This document shows positions 26,541 through 38,826 of a stretch of DNA of 64,000 bases, piece after piece. The notes under the pieces were generated by a model that was not told where the DNA came from, made no database searches, and worked only from the letters and a program-made list of their open reading frames with translations. The number at the start of each line of letters is the position of its first letter. Position 1 is the stretch's first letter. The stretch lies in NCBI GenBank assembly GCA_051294375.1, contig CM119269.1:7607446-7671445 (forward strand), given 5' to 3'. The DNA comes from Paraspadella gotoi. Its lineage: Eukaryota > Animalia > Chaetognatha. The translations under genes were made by a program, and so were the position numbers.

Positions 26541-28536
26541 ATGTCGAACGTCGTCAACTTGCACGTCGATGACGTCGAAATGAACGACGTCTACGAAGAG
26601 GGAGAGCGAGACGAATTTCCACCAGAGGAATTCGAAGCGGAAGAGGCCGAAGAAGAGAGGCCGAGGTGAGAATACCGCCGCTCCGAGAAAAGCCAAGTCA
26701 AGGAGTCTTGAAAATGTTTTTGAGTACCCTCATTCTATTGCAAAATCAAGGTTTTTTTCCCCCCCAAGTCGCAAGACAAAGTTCAGATCGCTTTTACAAG
26801 GTTTCTGATTTTCAAATTCAGGTTCTGGTTTTCTACTATTCAAAGCAGGTCTTGTCAGTTGTAATTTTTTTATGAACCGACAAAGTTAAGGGCATCCTTT
26901 TTTGTAGCAGTTTGGCCATTAGTGACATAAAAGTATCCATTTTTTTTATGTCGGTACCAGTGGATCTCCGTGTAGATACTATTTTGCTAAATCGCACGGA
27001 ATCGCAGACGTTTTGGTTATTAGTCAGTTTGGATACTTCGAAAAAGCGTTAAAATCTAGACAGCAAGCGCCGCGAATTATGTATTTGTTGCTCAGAACGT
27101 CACCCCCTAATTCAGAGGCGGCGGCTCGGACGACGATGAAGAAGGCGGTGCTGAGCGAAAAGTCAAACGCACCGGCGCCGCGAAAAAGATCGTGAAAAAT
27201 CCTCAGGCAAAACTCGACGATATGCGGCTCTGCGGACAAAGGGGAATCCCTCTGCTGCCAAAAACCTTTAAGAACGTTAAGTTCCGGGGAAAAGGTCCGT
27301 TTCGTATTCTGTTGCGGGGTTTTAAGGACTTGTCACTTTCGGATGTCTTTTGTTAGGCTCCTAAATAATAGACCCTTTCGTTGCATTGGATCATGATATA
27401 GATTGTTTTCCTGAGGACGAATCAATTTAATAATACTCGCCCTTGTGGATTTAGGACATGAAGTGAGAGACCTCGACCTTTTCCTCTCGAAGATGGAACA
27501 CTGGGGTCACCGAATGTTTCCCAAGATGGTCTTCGACGAGGTCATCGATCGCTGCGACCGACTTTACAAAACCAAGAAGTTGGTCAAGGTACATAAATTT
27601 GGAATGCGATCTCTTGTAGTGACGAATCGAAGGCATGGAATAGGAATTATTTCTGACCATACCAATCGGTTATAACGTAGTTTCGAACGTAGACTTCCAA
27701 ATCTCATGTCCGTGGAAATTTTTACCCATTTTCCCTTCCGAGTACTACCCTTAAGCCATTCTTAACCCTAACCCCGGTCGGCGAAAGTATACTTAATAAT
27801 CATGACTTTACCGTCTTCTTCAGACGACCCTAATACGCATGCGCAACGGCGACAATCTCCTCGACGACGACGACGTCGCCCGCGAAGGCGACGACGACTT
27901 CGACGATGCTGCCGACGTTCGCGACGAGGACGACGACTTCGACGACGTCGCCCCCATTCTCTCCTCGACGATGGCGCCATTCGATCTTCCGTCGCAAGCT
28001 GAGTCTCAAACACCGGCACCGGATGCGCCCCCTGTCGTTCTCAGCGACGATATCAGGGAGAGGATCGAAAGAAACAAGAGACTAGCGATGGAACGACGGA
28101 GAGCGCGGGAAGAGGTGCGGGGGGAAGATGGCCCTTGAAGCATGTCGTAAATAATTGACAGATTTTTATTTCGGTTTTTGTTTCCTTTCCACAGGCTTTG
28201 CAAGCGCAACCCGAATCAACTGTTTCAGCAAGCGAACCTCAATGTTTGCCGCCAGCTTCTAACAATAGACTAGGCTCATCTCTGGATCTAAACGATCCCG
28301 CTTTCGTGAAGGAGGCTTCTACAGAAGGTCACGAAACTATCGCCAAGAGCGACTCCATCTTAGATGCGGTTCCGGACAAAGTTGCCAACGATCACATTAT
28401 TAACCCCATCCCCGTTGGCGACATCCCCGATGCAGCCTTCGACGCCTCCGATAACATCGCAGCGAAGGACGCTTCGTCAACGGAGAACGATAACGATCTG
28501 GAGGAGGACGAACTACTCGAGCTGATCAACTCTTGA
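26541..28536 (+). CDS. TIPIN: TIMELESS-interacting protein (Swi3/Csm3 family)
   Basis: Exons 26541-26665, 27116-27294, 27455-27588, 27824-28114, 28195-28536. Swi3 domain PQAKLDDMRLCGQRGIPLLPKTFKNVKFRGKGHEVRDLDLFLSKMEHWGHRMFPKMVFDEVIDRC, plus RERIERNKRLAMERRRAR motif. Confidence 0.93.
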
Positions 28537-28635
28537 AAATTGTCATTGCCTTTACAATGTTGATTTGTTATTGATTTTTACTACGTATTTTGTTAGAAAA
28601 CTGTTACACCATTCTTTTTTATCAAGTTCGTTAAT

Positions 28636-29842
28636 ATGGCTAACGCCGAAGTGATCATTTTATCCGGACCGGAGGAGGTGGGGCAGAGAGTCTGCTCTTA
28701 TCTGGAACAGGCCTCGGAAATGACGATCTCGGATAAAGGAAAATTCGTGATAGGCGTGTCCGGAGGAAGCGTGGCGACCTTACTCAACGAACACTTGCCG
28801 GAAATCCAGACCGATTGGTCCAAATGGTATTGGTGGGGGAGGGACCCTGAGGGAGAGACAGCGTGCCGTTTCCTTAAAATGTGGATGTAGGGATGGGAGG
28901 TTCTTCTTTTTGGATCTTTTTTTTTTTTTTTCGTCCGGTCACCTCGTATCGGTTTTCCTTTTTCTTCATTTCTTTCTTCCTGTCTTCTCTGCCTCTCTTT
29001 ACTGCTTCCAACTCTTTAATTTCTCTTTTTCACTCTCCCTCTTTCGCTTTTTCTTTTTCCCTCTCTTCCTATTTTTCTCTCCTCCCAGGTTCATCTTCCT
29101 CTGCGACGAGCGCGTCGTGCCTCACGACGATCAGGACTGCACTTACTCACTTTACAAGTCTGGCCTCATGAATCAGGTCCCGATTCCGGAGGAGAACTTC
29201 TTCAAGATCGAGGATCCGGACGCCCCACTCGAGGACATCGTCCAGTCCTACTCGGACGCCCTCCTCGGCGTCCTCGATGGCGCCGGTTCGTTTATTAAAT
29301 ATATTTTTAAGAACAAATGTTTAAACCCTATTGCTTTTTGCGATCGTTGCTAACTATCTGGATCCGGGCTTTCTCCAGGCCTCGACGCGGTCGTGCTCGG
29401 TCTCGGGCCCGACGGCCACACAGCCAGCCTTTTCCCGGGTCACGATTCTCTTTCCTCTTCGGACGTCATCGTCGGGGAAACGGATTCGCCCAAAGATCCT
29501 CCGGTTCGAATCTCGATGACGCTCAAGACGCTAAACTCGACCTCAAGCGCCATCTTTATCGCCTGCGGACAAGGTTTGTTTGGATGTGTTAATGATTGAA
29601 TTAATGGATTAGTCTTTAAAATGAAGCGACGGATTTGGCTTTCAGCAAAGGCGGAGATGCTCTCACAAATTCTCAACGAAGAACCTGATTTATCTCTGCC
29701 CGCCGCTCAAATCAATCCTCAGAACGGGCCTTTGTCCTGGTATTTGGATGTGGCCGCTGCCAAGAAGCTGACCCCTCCCGTCATATCCGATCATCAAAAA
29801 AGGATGGTAGAAGCAGCGTTTGCCTTCGAGGAGATGCTGTAG
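28636..29842 (+). CDS. PGLS: 6-phosphogluconolactonase
   Basis: Exons ~28636-28826, 29089-29286, 29379-29574, 29646-29842. Motifs FVIGVSGGS, TDWSKW, FLCDERVVP, LGLGPDGHTASLFPGH, DSPKDPPVRISMT, LPAA, WYLD. Confidence 0.95.
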
Positions 29843-30997
29843 CACCTATGCAGTTGCTAACAAATCTAGAGTCAAAATCTAGTCATCCAGGAGCAATTTT
29901 TTTTAAAAAATACATCCTAGTATTTTGTTTTTACGTTTTGATCGTGTTAGATGTTTGACTTGTTCCCGTTTCTTAGTACTTAGTACATTCCCAATTTCGT
30001 CAATTGTTGTGTGATGATTTCTCAGAAATTTCACCAATCATTTCCCGTACATGAGTATAAGATCACTTTTCATAATTTAAGTAATTACTCCCCAAATTCA
30101 CTTTATAATCGAGGTGAAAATGTTCTTCCTTACCTATTTCTTATTTTCAAAGACCCATGGCCCATTTTGTAGTTTTTTACATTGTTTATTCGTATGAAAT
30201 TAAATCTAAATGTCACAACGTTGTAAAAGCCGACATATTTTAACATGAAAAAAAGTTTAGGAAAGACTTTGATCTGAGGAGGTTGTTTTATGTTAGGGCG
30301 TTTTTTATTAGCAGTTATTTTAGCTCTGGCATAAGTTTCTTGTCTTTGAATTTAATTTTGAATCTCTAATATTTCTAGAATCTATAATTTAGAATCTTGT
30401 CACGTCTGACTTAAAAACGCTTCTTGGGTGCTTCAAATAACTAAAAAAACGGAAACTCTTTAGGAACATCTTGGCAAATAGAGCGGATCGCCATTCGCGG
30501 AGCCCAACCTCTCACGCAAAAGAAGCATTTTGATTGGTTGTCGAGAACGAGGCCTCGGCCTGTTCAGGAACTTCATTATCCTCCGCAGCCCAACTTACCA
30601 GTTTGATGTACACGTATACATATGTTGTCCAAACGTATGCGTCTTTCTACCTTATATTGGCTTTAGTTATGAATACGTACATTTTCTCATGATATCTTTA
30701 TGTACGTTTACATTTCAATATATTTATTGTCCAAGTTAAATAAATACGCATTTGAATAAATCTTCGTAAAGGTCTTTTAGATTTAAGCCGTGCGGAGATT
30801 TTTGTTGGCAATGAACTCCGACATACATTTCTGATTATTGAAGAACTGAATCCGGATGTAAAACGATTCGATTCGTCACGCGACGTGTCGTAAATAAAAT
30901 TTAATCCAATTCCAAATTAGAACAATAAAACTCAAATGAGCTTCTAATTAATAACATCGCCGGCGCATATCGTTGAAGAAGAATATCATAGACGAAG

Positions 30998-33900
30998 ATG
31001 CTAAACGAAATTCTGCACCTCAGACCGATCACCATGCCCTTTGGGCTTGGGATCGTCGAACCGGCTGTCCAGGTTAAATGGGGCAGAATTTGTAATTTTT
31101 TTAAATTTTTAACCTATCCATGTTTTTCCTCTGGGGTGTAATTAATTTTTCACACTTTATTTTCGACATGGACTTAGTTTACATTGTATGTTACTTTTTA
31201 TATTTTGATTTTATAATAAAAGTTAAATAAGATTTTGTCCCCCCCTTCCATCACAGGAGGTGGCGTTGATCTGCCTCGCGGTTTTCCTCTTCTCGACTCT
31301 AATGATCTACGTAGTGTCGATCCTTGGAACGACGCCGAGCACCTTCGAGGACGCGTTGAAGTGGTCCAAGGAAGCGGGCATCGACCTGGCACCGGGCGGG
31401 AAGGCCGCCAAGGCCGACAAGAAGAAAGAAGATAAAAGAAAAAGGGAGAAGAAAAAGGAAGAAAAGAAAAAGCCAGAGGGAACGCCCAAAGCCACGAATC
31501 CTAAAAAGGAAAAGAAAAAGGATAAGGCGGTGCCTGCCGCCTCGTCGGGGACCGATGACGATTTCGGTGATTAATCTATTTTTGTCAATTGTTTATCTCA
31601 TCTTTTTTTGTTCAATTTTTTGCTCAAGTGATATGTGATTCTTTTCTCTTCAGATGGCGATGAAGCCGAGGGTATGTCTCCCTCCCCGGAAGTCGAGTCG
31701 GTTCATAAGGCGGAAGAGGTCGTCGAGTCTCAAGGGGGCGTGGAGGAAGTCGCTTTTGACGACCTGGAGGTTCAAAAAGGCGGATTAAAATTTAATTGAT
31801 TATTGACGATGTTTTTAGTCGTTCCTTTTCCCTTTCATCAGGACATTCCACCCGAACAGGCGGAGGAATCGTCCGTCAAAGAACTTCCGGTCAAGAAAAA
31901 GGAACGTCATGTCAAGGGAAAAGAGCCACCGGTCAAGGAGCCTCCCGCCAAGGAGCCGTCACCCCCCCCAAAGATCGAAGCCGAACATGAACTGATCGTC
32001 GAGAGCGAACCCTTAGTTTTTCAAGCGAAAGCGTCCGTTGCAGAGGCGTCTCCACCAAACGAGTAAGTTGTGAGGAAGCTTATGATAGTGGAAAAGAATT
32101 AAAATAGATAGATTAATAAAAACAAGCTTCGCATCGTCCAGTAGCGCCATTGACGCCGCCACCGCTTCTTATCTGGACGAAAGGAAAAGGAACAAAAAGA
32201 AGAAACGCCCTCGAAAGGACGGCGCTGAAGCTGTCGCCGCTGCGGCTGCGATCTCCGAAGACGCCGTCTATATCCCGGAAGAGCACGCCGAGCCAGCGAT
32301 CGAGTCAGCGGCGATGCCGGCCACGGCTCCTATCCCGCAGCCGATCGTTGAGCCCGTTGTGGCGCCTGTGGTGACGACTTGGGTTCCCCATAAGATTCCC
32401 CAGCCGGAAACTGGTGAGTGAGGTGGGGAAAAGGTAAGTTGATCAGGAATGAACTCGCGTTATTTACGAACTTCTCTCTAGAAATTGCCACCCACGCCAA
32501 GACTGAGGACGTCCGTGCTTCGCGGATCGAACAAATGAAGAAGGCCGAAGACCCGGCCCCGACCACGACGGCGACCACCACGTCGACGAGCACCATGACC
32601 AACGTTAAGAAAAACTTTTCCAAGAAAAATCAGACTGAGGTCAGTCTTACGACGATGTTCTTTTGTAGTTGGCCGTTGAGTCTTCACGACTTGCTTTACA
32701 GGAATCGAAGCCGGTGGGTCCTTTGGACGCCGCAGGGCTCGTGGCCGCCATTAAGACGACCAAGCTGAAGGATCAAGACTTCAAAAACTTGTTGGACGTT
32801 CTCATATCGAGACAGAGTGAGTCGGGTTTTATTATCTTCTTTACGGATGGAATCAATACTTTGGAATCCTAGACATTACTTTCTTGCACGCAGCGTCGGA
32901 AACTTCCGAATGGAAACCCGCTAACGGAGGAATGGACGCTGCCGCGATTTTAAAACGTCAGCTGGAGGAAAAGGAGACCGAAAACAAGGAGCTCTTGGTA
33001 GAGTTTCGACATCACGATATTCGCCCCCATTTATTTGTTTATCGTTTATTTTCATTTTCTCAGAACCTGAACAGAAGCCTAAAAGAAAAGCTGGAAGCGA
33101 CAAGAAAGTCACACGTTCAAGAAAAAAATCGCTTCGCTCACATGGAATCGCAGGTTAAATTTTAGTAAGAATTTTTCTTCGCGAATCTGTTTTTTGTTTC
33201 TAGTCTCGTTTCCGGTTTTTAGCTACAAGGATATTCGAAAGTGCAACAGCAGTGCGATCGCCAGGCACAAGATTTGAGGAATCTCCGACTACAGGTTAAC
33301 CGTCGCAATGATAAAGGCACGGACAAGGGCATAGTCATGGACTGATTGACACGGCTTTCTTTTTACAAAGGTACAACAAGAGCAAGAGAATCACATGTCC
33401 GAAAAAGCGGCTCTGCATCAAAAGGTGGCGGCGTTGGAAGCGACGTCGCAAAACGTTGCCGAACAATCCTCCGTTCTCAAGCAAACCCAGGAAAAAGCGA
33501 CGCAGATGCAAGCCACCGCACAAAAGCTGCAGCAGGAATTACAGGTGCATATGCCTTTAAGTATCGCTCTATGTTGGGACTCACAAGTAGATGAGACGAT
33601 TGTACGGTAGTTGCTATTTTAATGTAGCAGATTAATTTGTGAATTATCTCAAATGACATCGAGTTCCTCAATCTCATTCTAATTTTTAAAATTTTCATTC
33701 TTATACAGATTTATACCCCTGTTATATTAACGATTGATTATTCTTTGTTTAAGAATGTTCATAGTTTAGATATACTTAATTTCGTAGAAGGAAAGAGAGA
33801 AGTTGGTTAAATTTTAAAATTATTTATTGTCAATACAGTTGGTTCAAGGCGAGTTGGCGAAGAGCGTTCAGAAAGTGAACGCCGCCGAACGGTTTCGTCA

Positions 33901-36900
33901 AGAGTCGGAGTCGGCGGCGGCGGCAACCGAGAAGAAGCGTCGAGATCTAGAGCGCGTACTCAAGGAGAAGGAGTCGCGCGCAGCCGCCGATGCCGCCGAT
34001 CTGCGGGCCAAATTGGATGAACTCGCCAGAGCTGTCGATGCCAAAGACCAAAACATTCAGGTTTGAAAGATTTAAAAAAGGGGGGAAAAAACGTCTGGGC
34101 AAACGAGTTTTCTCACCTCATTTAGGAGCTCAATATAAAACTGGAAGCGGTCGAACAGACACGTTGCTTGCTGGAAAAGAAATTGGAGGAAGCCTTGTCG
34201 TGCATGCCGCCGACTTCGGGTACGATATAAAATTGCGCGGATATGCATTTTTACATTCCATTGCCATTTTTGATGGCAAGTTCGTTTTTCAGAACGACCG
34301 GCCGGAGACGGGCAGGAAAATCCTTCTCCCGCCGTAACTGTGGAAGACCTTCAAAAGGCCGCGGACGACGAAGACGAGTTCGATCCTTTGGACCTTTTCG
34401 AGGCTGTCCCAATTGGGTCGGCGGCCGTAGAAGCGGAGAAGGCTGCTGCAGCGGCCGCGGCCAGAACGTCAGAAGTAAGGCCAAGATTAAGTCAGTATTT
34501 TGCGTCGCAAGGGTAAAGTTTTAATTTAACTCGATTCAAATTTGTTTTCCAGTCGGGCGGCGAAACGGAAGTCTCTCGAGTCGTCGCCGACCTGGAGGAG
34601 ATCGTTAAGTGAGTTTGAGTTTGGATCTCGTCTCTTACAGCAAAGGTTTCGGTTTAATGTTAATTAATAAATATCCTTTTTCTTTAGGTCAAAGGACGCG
34701 GAAATTTCCTCTCTGCAGAACGAGCTCACCGTTCTCAAGTTGGAAGTCGTGTCTATGCGCGAAGAACTTCTCCAAATGACGTCCCTTCCTCAAAGTACTT
34801 ACGTCGCTTTATCGAGAATTAATTTTTTTTTTCTCGAGAAATTCTTAAGAAAAAAATTCCGATCATTTTTCATTTTAGCTTCTTCGGACGCTCGCGCCGA
34901 CACAAAACCCTCTCCAGCTCGATCCCCCGTTTCCAGCGACAAGAAGGTGAGTAACAGCTATCTTGTTCAATTCAATTCATTTATCCCTCCGTATGTCAAT
35001 CCTCCGTCCCCGGATTTAACTCGAAAAGATATTGTCCTCTCTCCTCCGTCAGTCTAACTCTGATTCTGATGAAGATTACATTCTCATCGATAAGGACGAA
35101 GGCGTGGCCGCCGAGGCCGCCGCCGTCGCTGAAGCTGGCAGAGAATCTTCCCCCGTTTCCCTCTCACGGAGTCGAGCTTCTCCGAGGGAGGAGGTAAAGG
35201 GATCGTAATAGTTTTATAATCTGCTCCTTTTTTAAGAGTTGTCCATTCATTTTCTGTTCTCCCCGTTCCCTCAGGCCAGTTCGGAGGATGCCCGGCTTGT
35301 TCCATCCTTGCAAAATTCCCTTGCGGAGAAGGAGACGGAGATTAAGAAGTTAAAGGTAGAATTGAAGGACGTGATGATGGAATTGGTGGAAGCGCGCGAG
35401 ACGCTCGAGCAGCGGCAGCGCGACCTCGAGTCTCTGCAACGTCTCAGCCAAACGCAGCAGCAGGATCTGGACGCGCTGCGTAATATCACGCAGCGACATC
35501 AGCAGCAACAGCAGAAGGGAGAACCTCGACTCGTTCGCGAGGTCGTGGAAGTCGTCAAAGAGGTGCACTCTCATTTGTTTGCTTTCGCATGCAGTTTAGA
35601 GTGCGATCATTGTCGTTTAGTTCCTTGCATAGTAACGGTGGGCCAAGAATTTAACAACTGTTTGAACACTTTGTAAAAAAAAAAAATTATTTATAAATTA
35701 TTTTTCCGTTATGTCAGTCTGTAGTTGTTAAATTCCGGCATTAAGATAAACTAATTACCTACTTATTAGTTGGTTTACTGTTTGCACCATGAATTAGAAA
35801 TGGAATTTATTTGCTAGGTGGAAATTTTAAAAGAAGTGCCTGTTGCTGTTCCGGACCCGGCTCGTGCCGAGCTGGAAACGGAAATAAGTCACTATAAAGG
35901 TCTCCTCAAAGAAACCGAATCCATGCTTGAAAGACTTCAGGTAAGAGCCATATTATTTTTTTTCTTGTGCACGGTTTTTTTGTTATTTATTCAATTTCGT
36001 GTTTTTCGCACAGTTGATTTTCTGTGGAGTAGATTACTTTCCGTCGCGAAATTTTAATGTCTTTTTGTACGAAGAACCTGTCCTGATTCTGTTTTTCACA
36101 AATAATGACCCAGGACGTAATTCCGAAACGAGAGACAGACTTTCGAGTTTTTACCGAAAAAGTAGATAAGGTAGCGGTGGAGTGTACCAGGCCAGAGGCC
36201 AAGCTGAGACACCGCAGAGGCTCGTCGAACGACGAAGCCGTCGGGCTCGTCAATTCCGTCATCTCTGAAGTCATCGGAGACGCAGAGTTTCAGGCAGATA
36301 TGATTAGCGGCGTCGATATCGACGACGACGACGCCTTAGATTCGCGCCCCTCGTCCGCGGCCAGCGTTCTGTCCCGTTCCGATCCGGGTTCCTTGAATTC
36401 TCGAATCCAGAGTCCGGTTCCAAGTCTGACCAACGGCGCCGCCGGTGCTGCGGCCGCCGTTCCCGACGCAGCGGCGGCGGCCCCGGCGCCGAGCTCCCGC
36501 TCATTTGACGACCTCTACGCGTTGGAGTCTCTCGGCAAAAAAGCCTGGAGAGACGTGGTCGAGGAGGAAGAGGAGGAGTTGGCGGTGGTGGAGATGGCCG
36601 GCAGGTTGAAACGTGTCGAATTCGGGTTTATTCTCGATCCAGATCAAACTGAAGTAACTTGTTCGGTGAGTAGATTTTTTGGAAAGGAAATCGTCTCTCC
36701 TCGTCGCCGCCTCCCAACCTTCCTGCCTCTCGTTTTTCGTTTGTTGATTTTCAAGAAATACAAGAAATATACAAGTGACGACTTTAAAATTCGACTGACA
36801 GGTGACAAAGATCTTTAAATACAACTGACACGTTAAAAATTTAGTCTTGGTGATTTTTATTGTCATTATCTAACGTTTCCCTTAATCCACACATTCGTGG

Positions 36901-38826
36901 ACGTAAATCATAAGATATTTTAATTTTATGCATGGTTGGCGATTCTTGGCGATTCTTACCAATTTATTCAGAGTTAGCCGCTTTTTTAAGACAGCGTCCA
37001 GCCTATGTTCTATAGTGACCGACGAATATCTCGCGCGTTCGATTCCACTTTTTTTTTTCAACAAATTGATTTAAAAGATTTCTGATATTTCTTCCCTCCC
37101 CCCTTTCCCCACCCCTCCTCTCCCCCCTTTCCCCACCCCTCCTCTCCCCCCTTTCCCCACCCCTCCTCTCCCCCCTTCCCGCGTTTTCAGGCCGGAGTCG
37201 AGGAGGAAGAGAAGAGGTGGCGACACAAACTCATCGAAAAAGACGAGGAAGTCTCGACGCTGAGATCGAAACTCTCCCGGGCGCAAGTGGAGCGTCAAGC
37301 GGACATCGTCAAGTAAATGAGGGAAGGCGGGTGCAATGGTTCGAGGTCGAAATAAAATTATATTGTGTCTGTCGACCGAAACTGGGTTTTCTTGGCTAAG
37401 ATATTGTTTTTTGTTTATTTTTGTAAAAAGGTACCATTTTTTTTAAAAAAATTTATTTTAAATCTTTTTTAAATTATTTTTAAAAATATTTTTTAACAAG
37501 TATTTTTTTCTTATTTTTTTTTATTTTATTCTATTTTTTATTCTATATCTTCATCAATCCGATATTTGATTCAATTACCTCACATGTGTTTTTATAATAT
37601 TACTAAAATACTAAATGCTACAAGTTTTAAAAAATTATGCAAGCAAAAATAATATTGTTTTGATTTATATAATATTTTTTTAAGTACCGAAATGTTATTA
37701 GTACCGCAGTAACTGTTCAGTTTAAGCCCTTGAAAGCGATTTACATGTATTGGCGCAGCCACTGGTTTGTTTTGCGTTTACTTTTTTTTAAACATTCTAA
37801 CCCATTCATCAGGCTTAACACTCGCCTGGAAGAATTACAAGCTGAAAGAGCCTTACCTTTGGAGGTAAGTTATAAGCTGACCCGCGAATCAAAAGACCTC
37901 GAAGATTGAAAATGAATCGCGAAACCGTTTTTTAGCAGAATGTTCCGTCGCCTCCCTCACCCTCCCCGTCGTCCCCTCCGCCCGAACTCATAGAATACGA
38001 TCAAACGGGCGAAGGTAAGCGCATAGTGTTCCACTTATCTACTCCGTTTATCAATAACACTATATAGTACAGAAGGCTTCATATTATAAAATGAGGTTCC
38101 TCTTTTTTGTGATCAGAACTCGTTCCGAGAAAACTACTGGACCAAATTTATTGAAATTTGGAATGAACGATCCCTATGTGAATACTAATAAAACTATCGA
38201 GGCGAATTTCCATATTTGACCGCTGAGCCGAGATATGGGCCCCCCGTGGTGTCACCCATGGGGGCAAAAAATGGTCAAAAATTTTTTTCAATTTTTTTTA
38301 ATTATTTTTGTTTTGAACGATTGCACACAAAAACATAAAAACGTATTTAATAAATAATAAATACTATTTATTACCTCAAAAATATTAATTTACCTTAATT
38401 TTTAGCTTTATGAACATCAGCAGTTAAAGTCTGATTTGGAATAATTTGGGAAAATAGGAAGTAAAACGATGAACCATGCATCTTCAACCATGCTTAATTA
38501 TTGCAAATTTATCAATTTTAGTTCTAAAATGTTTTTTTCTTATGTTTAAAACGTCAATGCAACTGTATCTCTTGTCAGGGGTTGAATATCAAAATTCGCC
38601 TCGATAGTTCCATTTATATAGTCATTAGCACTCTAAATGTAAAATTTCATTAAATTAGATCGGGTAGTTTGGTGGGAACAGATTCTGGTCACAAAAAGGG
38701 GTACCACATTTTATAATATGAAGCCTTCTGTATATACTTTGTTAGAAATTGATATTAGACGAAGATCTGTTTATTGTATTTTCAGAACTTTCTATTCAAG
38801 AAGGCGAGCTTGGTACATCGGTTTGA
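30998..38826 (+). CDS. RRBP1: Ribosome-binding protein 1 (p180)/kinectin-like ER membrane coiled-coil protein, about 24 exons
   Basis: N-terminal hydrophobic TM (ALICLAVFLFSTLMIYVVSIL) + STFEDAL + Lys-rich tract. Long coiled coil. HYKGLLKETESMLERLQ|AGVEEEEKRWR motif. C-terminus GTSV*. Start could be 30998 or the in-frame ATG at 31034. Confidence 0.8.
36114..36665 (+). CDS. Candidate alternative 552-nt cassette exon of the RRBP1-like gene
   Basis: GC-rich open frame between CAG acceptor (36113) and GTGAGT donor (36666), phase 0/0, inside intron 35941-37190. Confidence 0.55.
37095..37175 (+). repeat. 24-bp C-rich tandem repeat (CCCCTTTCCCCACCCCTCCTCTCC)x3 before a splice acceptor
   Basis: Directly visible. 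G-quadruplex-forming potential on the - strand. Confidence 0.8.
38070..38730. mobile_element. MITE family 1 copy in last RRBP1 intron
   Basis: CAGAAGGCTTCATATTATAAAATG ... CATTTTATAATATGAAGCCTTCTG with TA flanks. Confidence 0.9.

Noticed and set aside
27762-27775. TAACCCTAACCC resembling a telomerase RNA template inside a TIPIN intron
   Set aside because: Only ~50 nt remain before the 3' splice site, too little for pseudoknot, CR4/5 and H/ACA domains.
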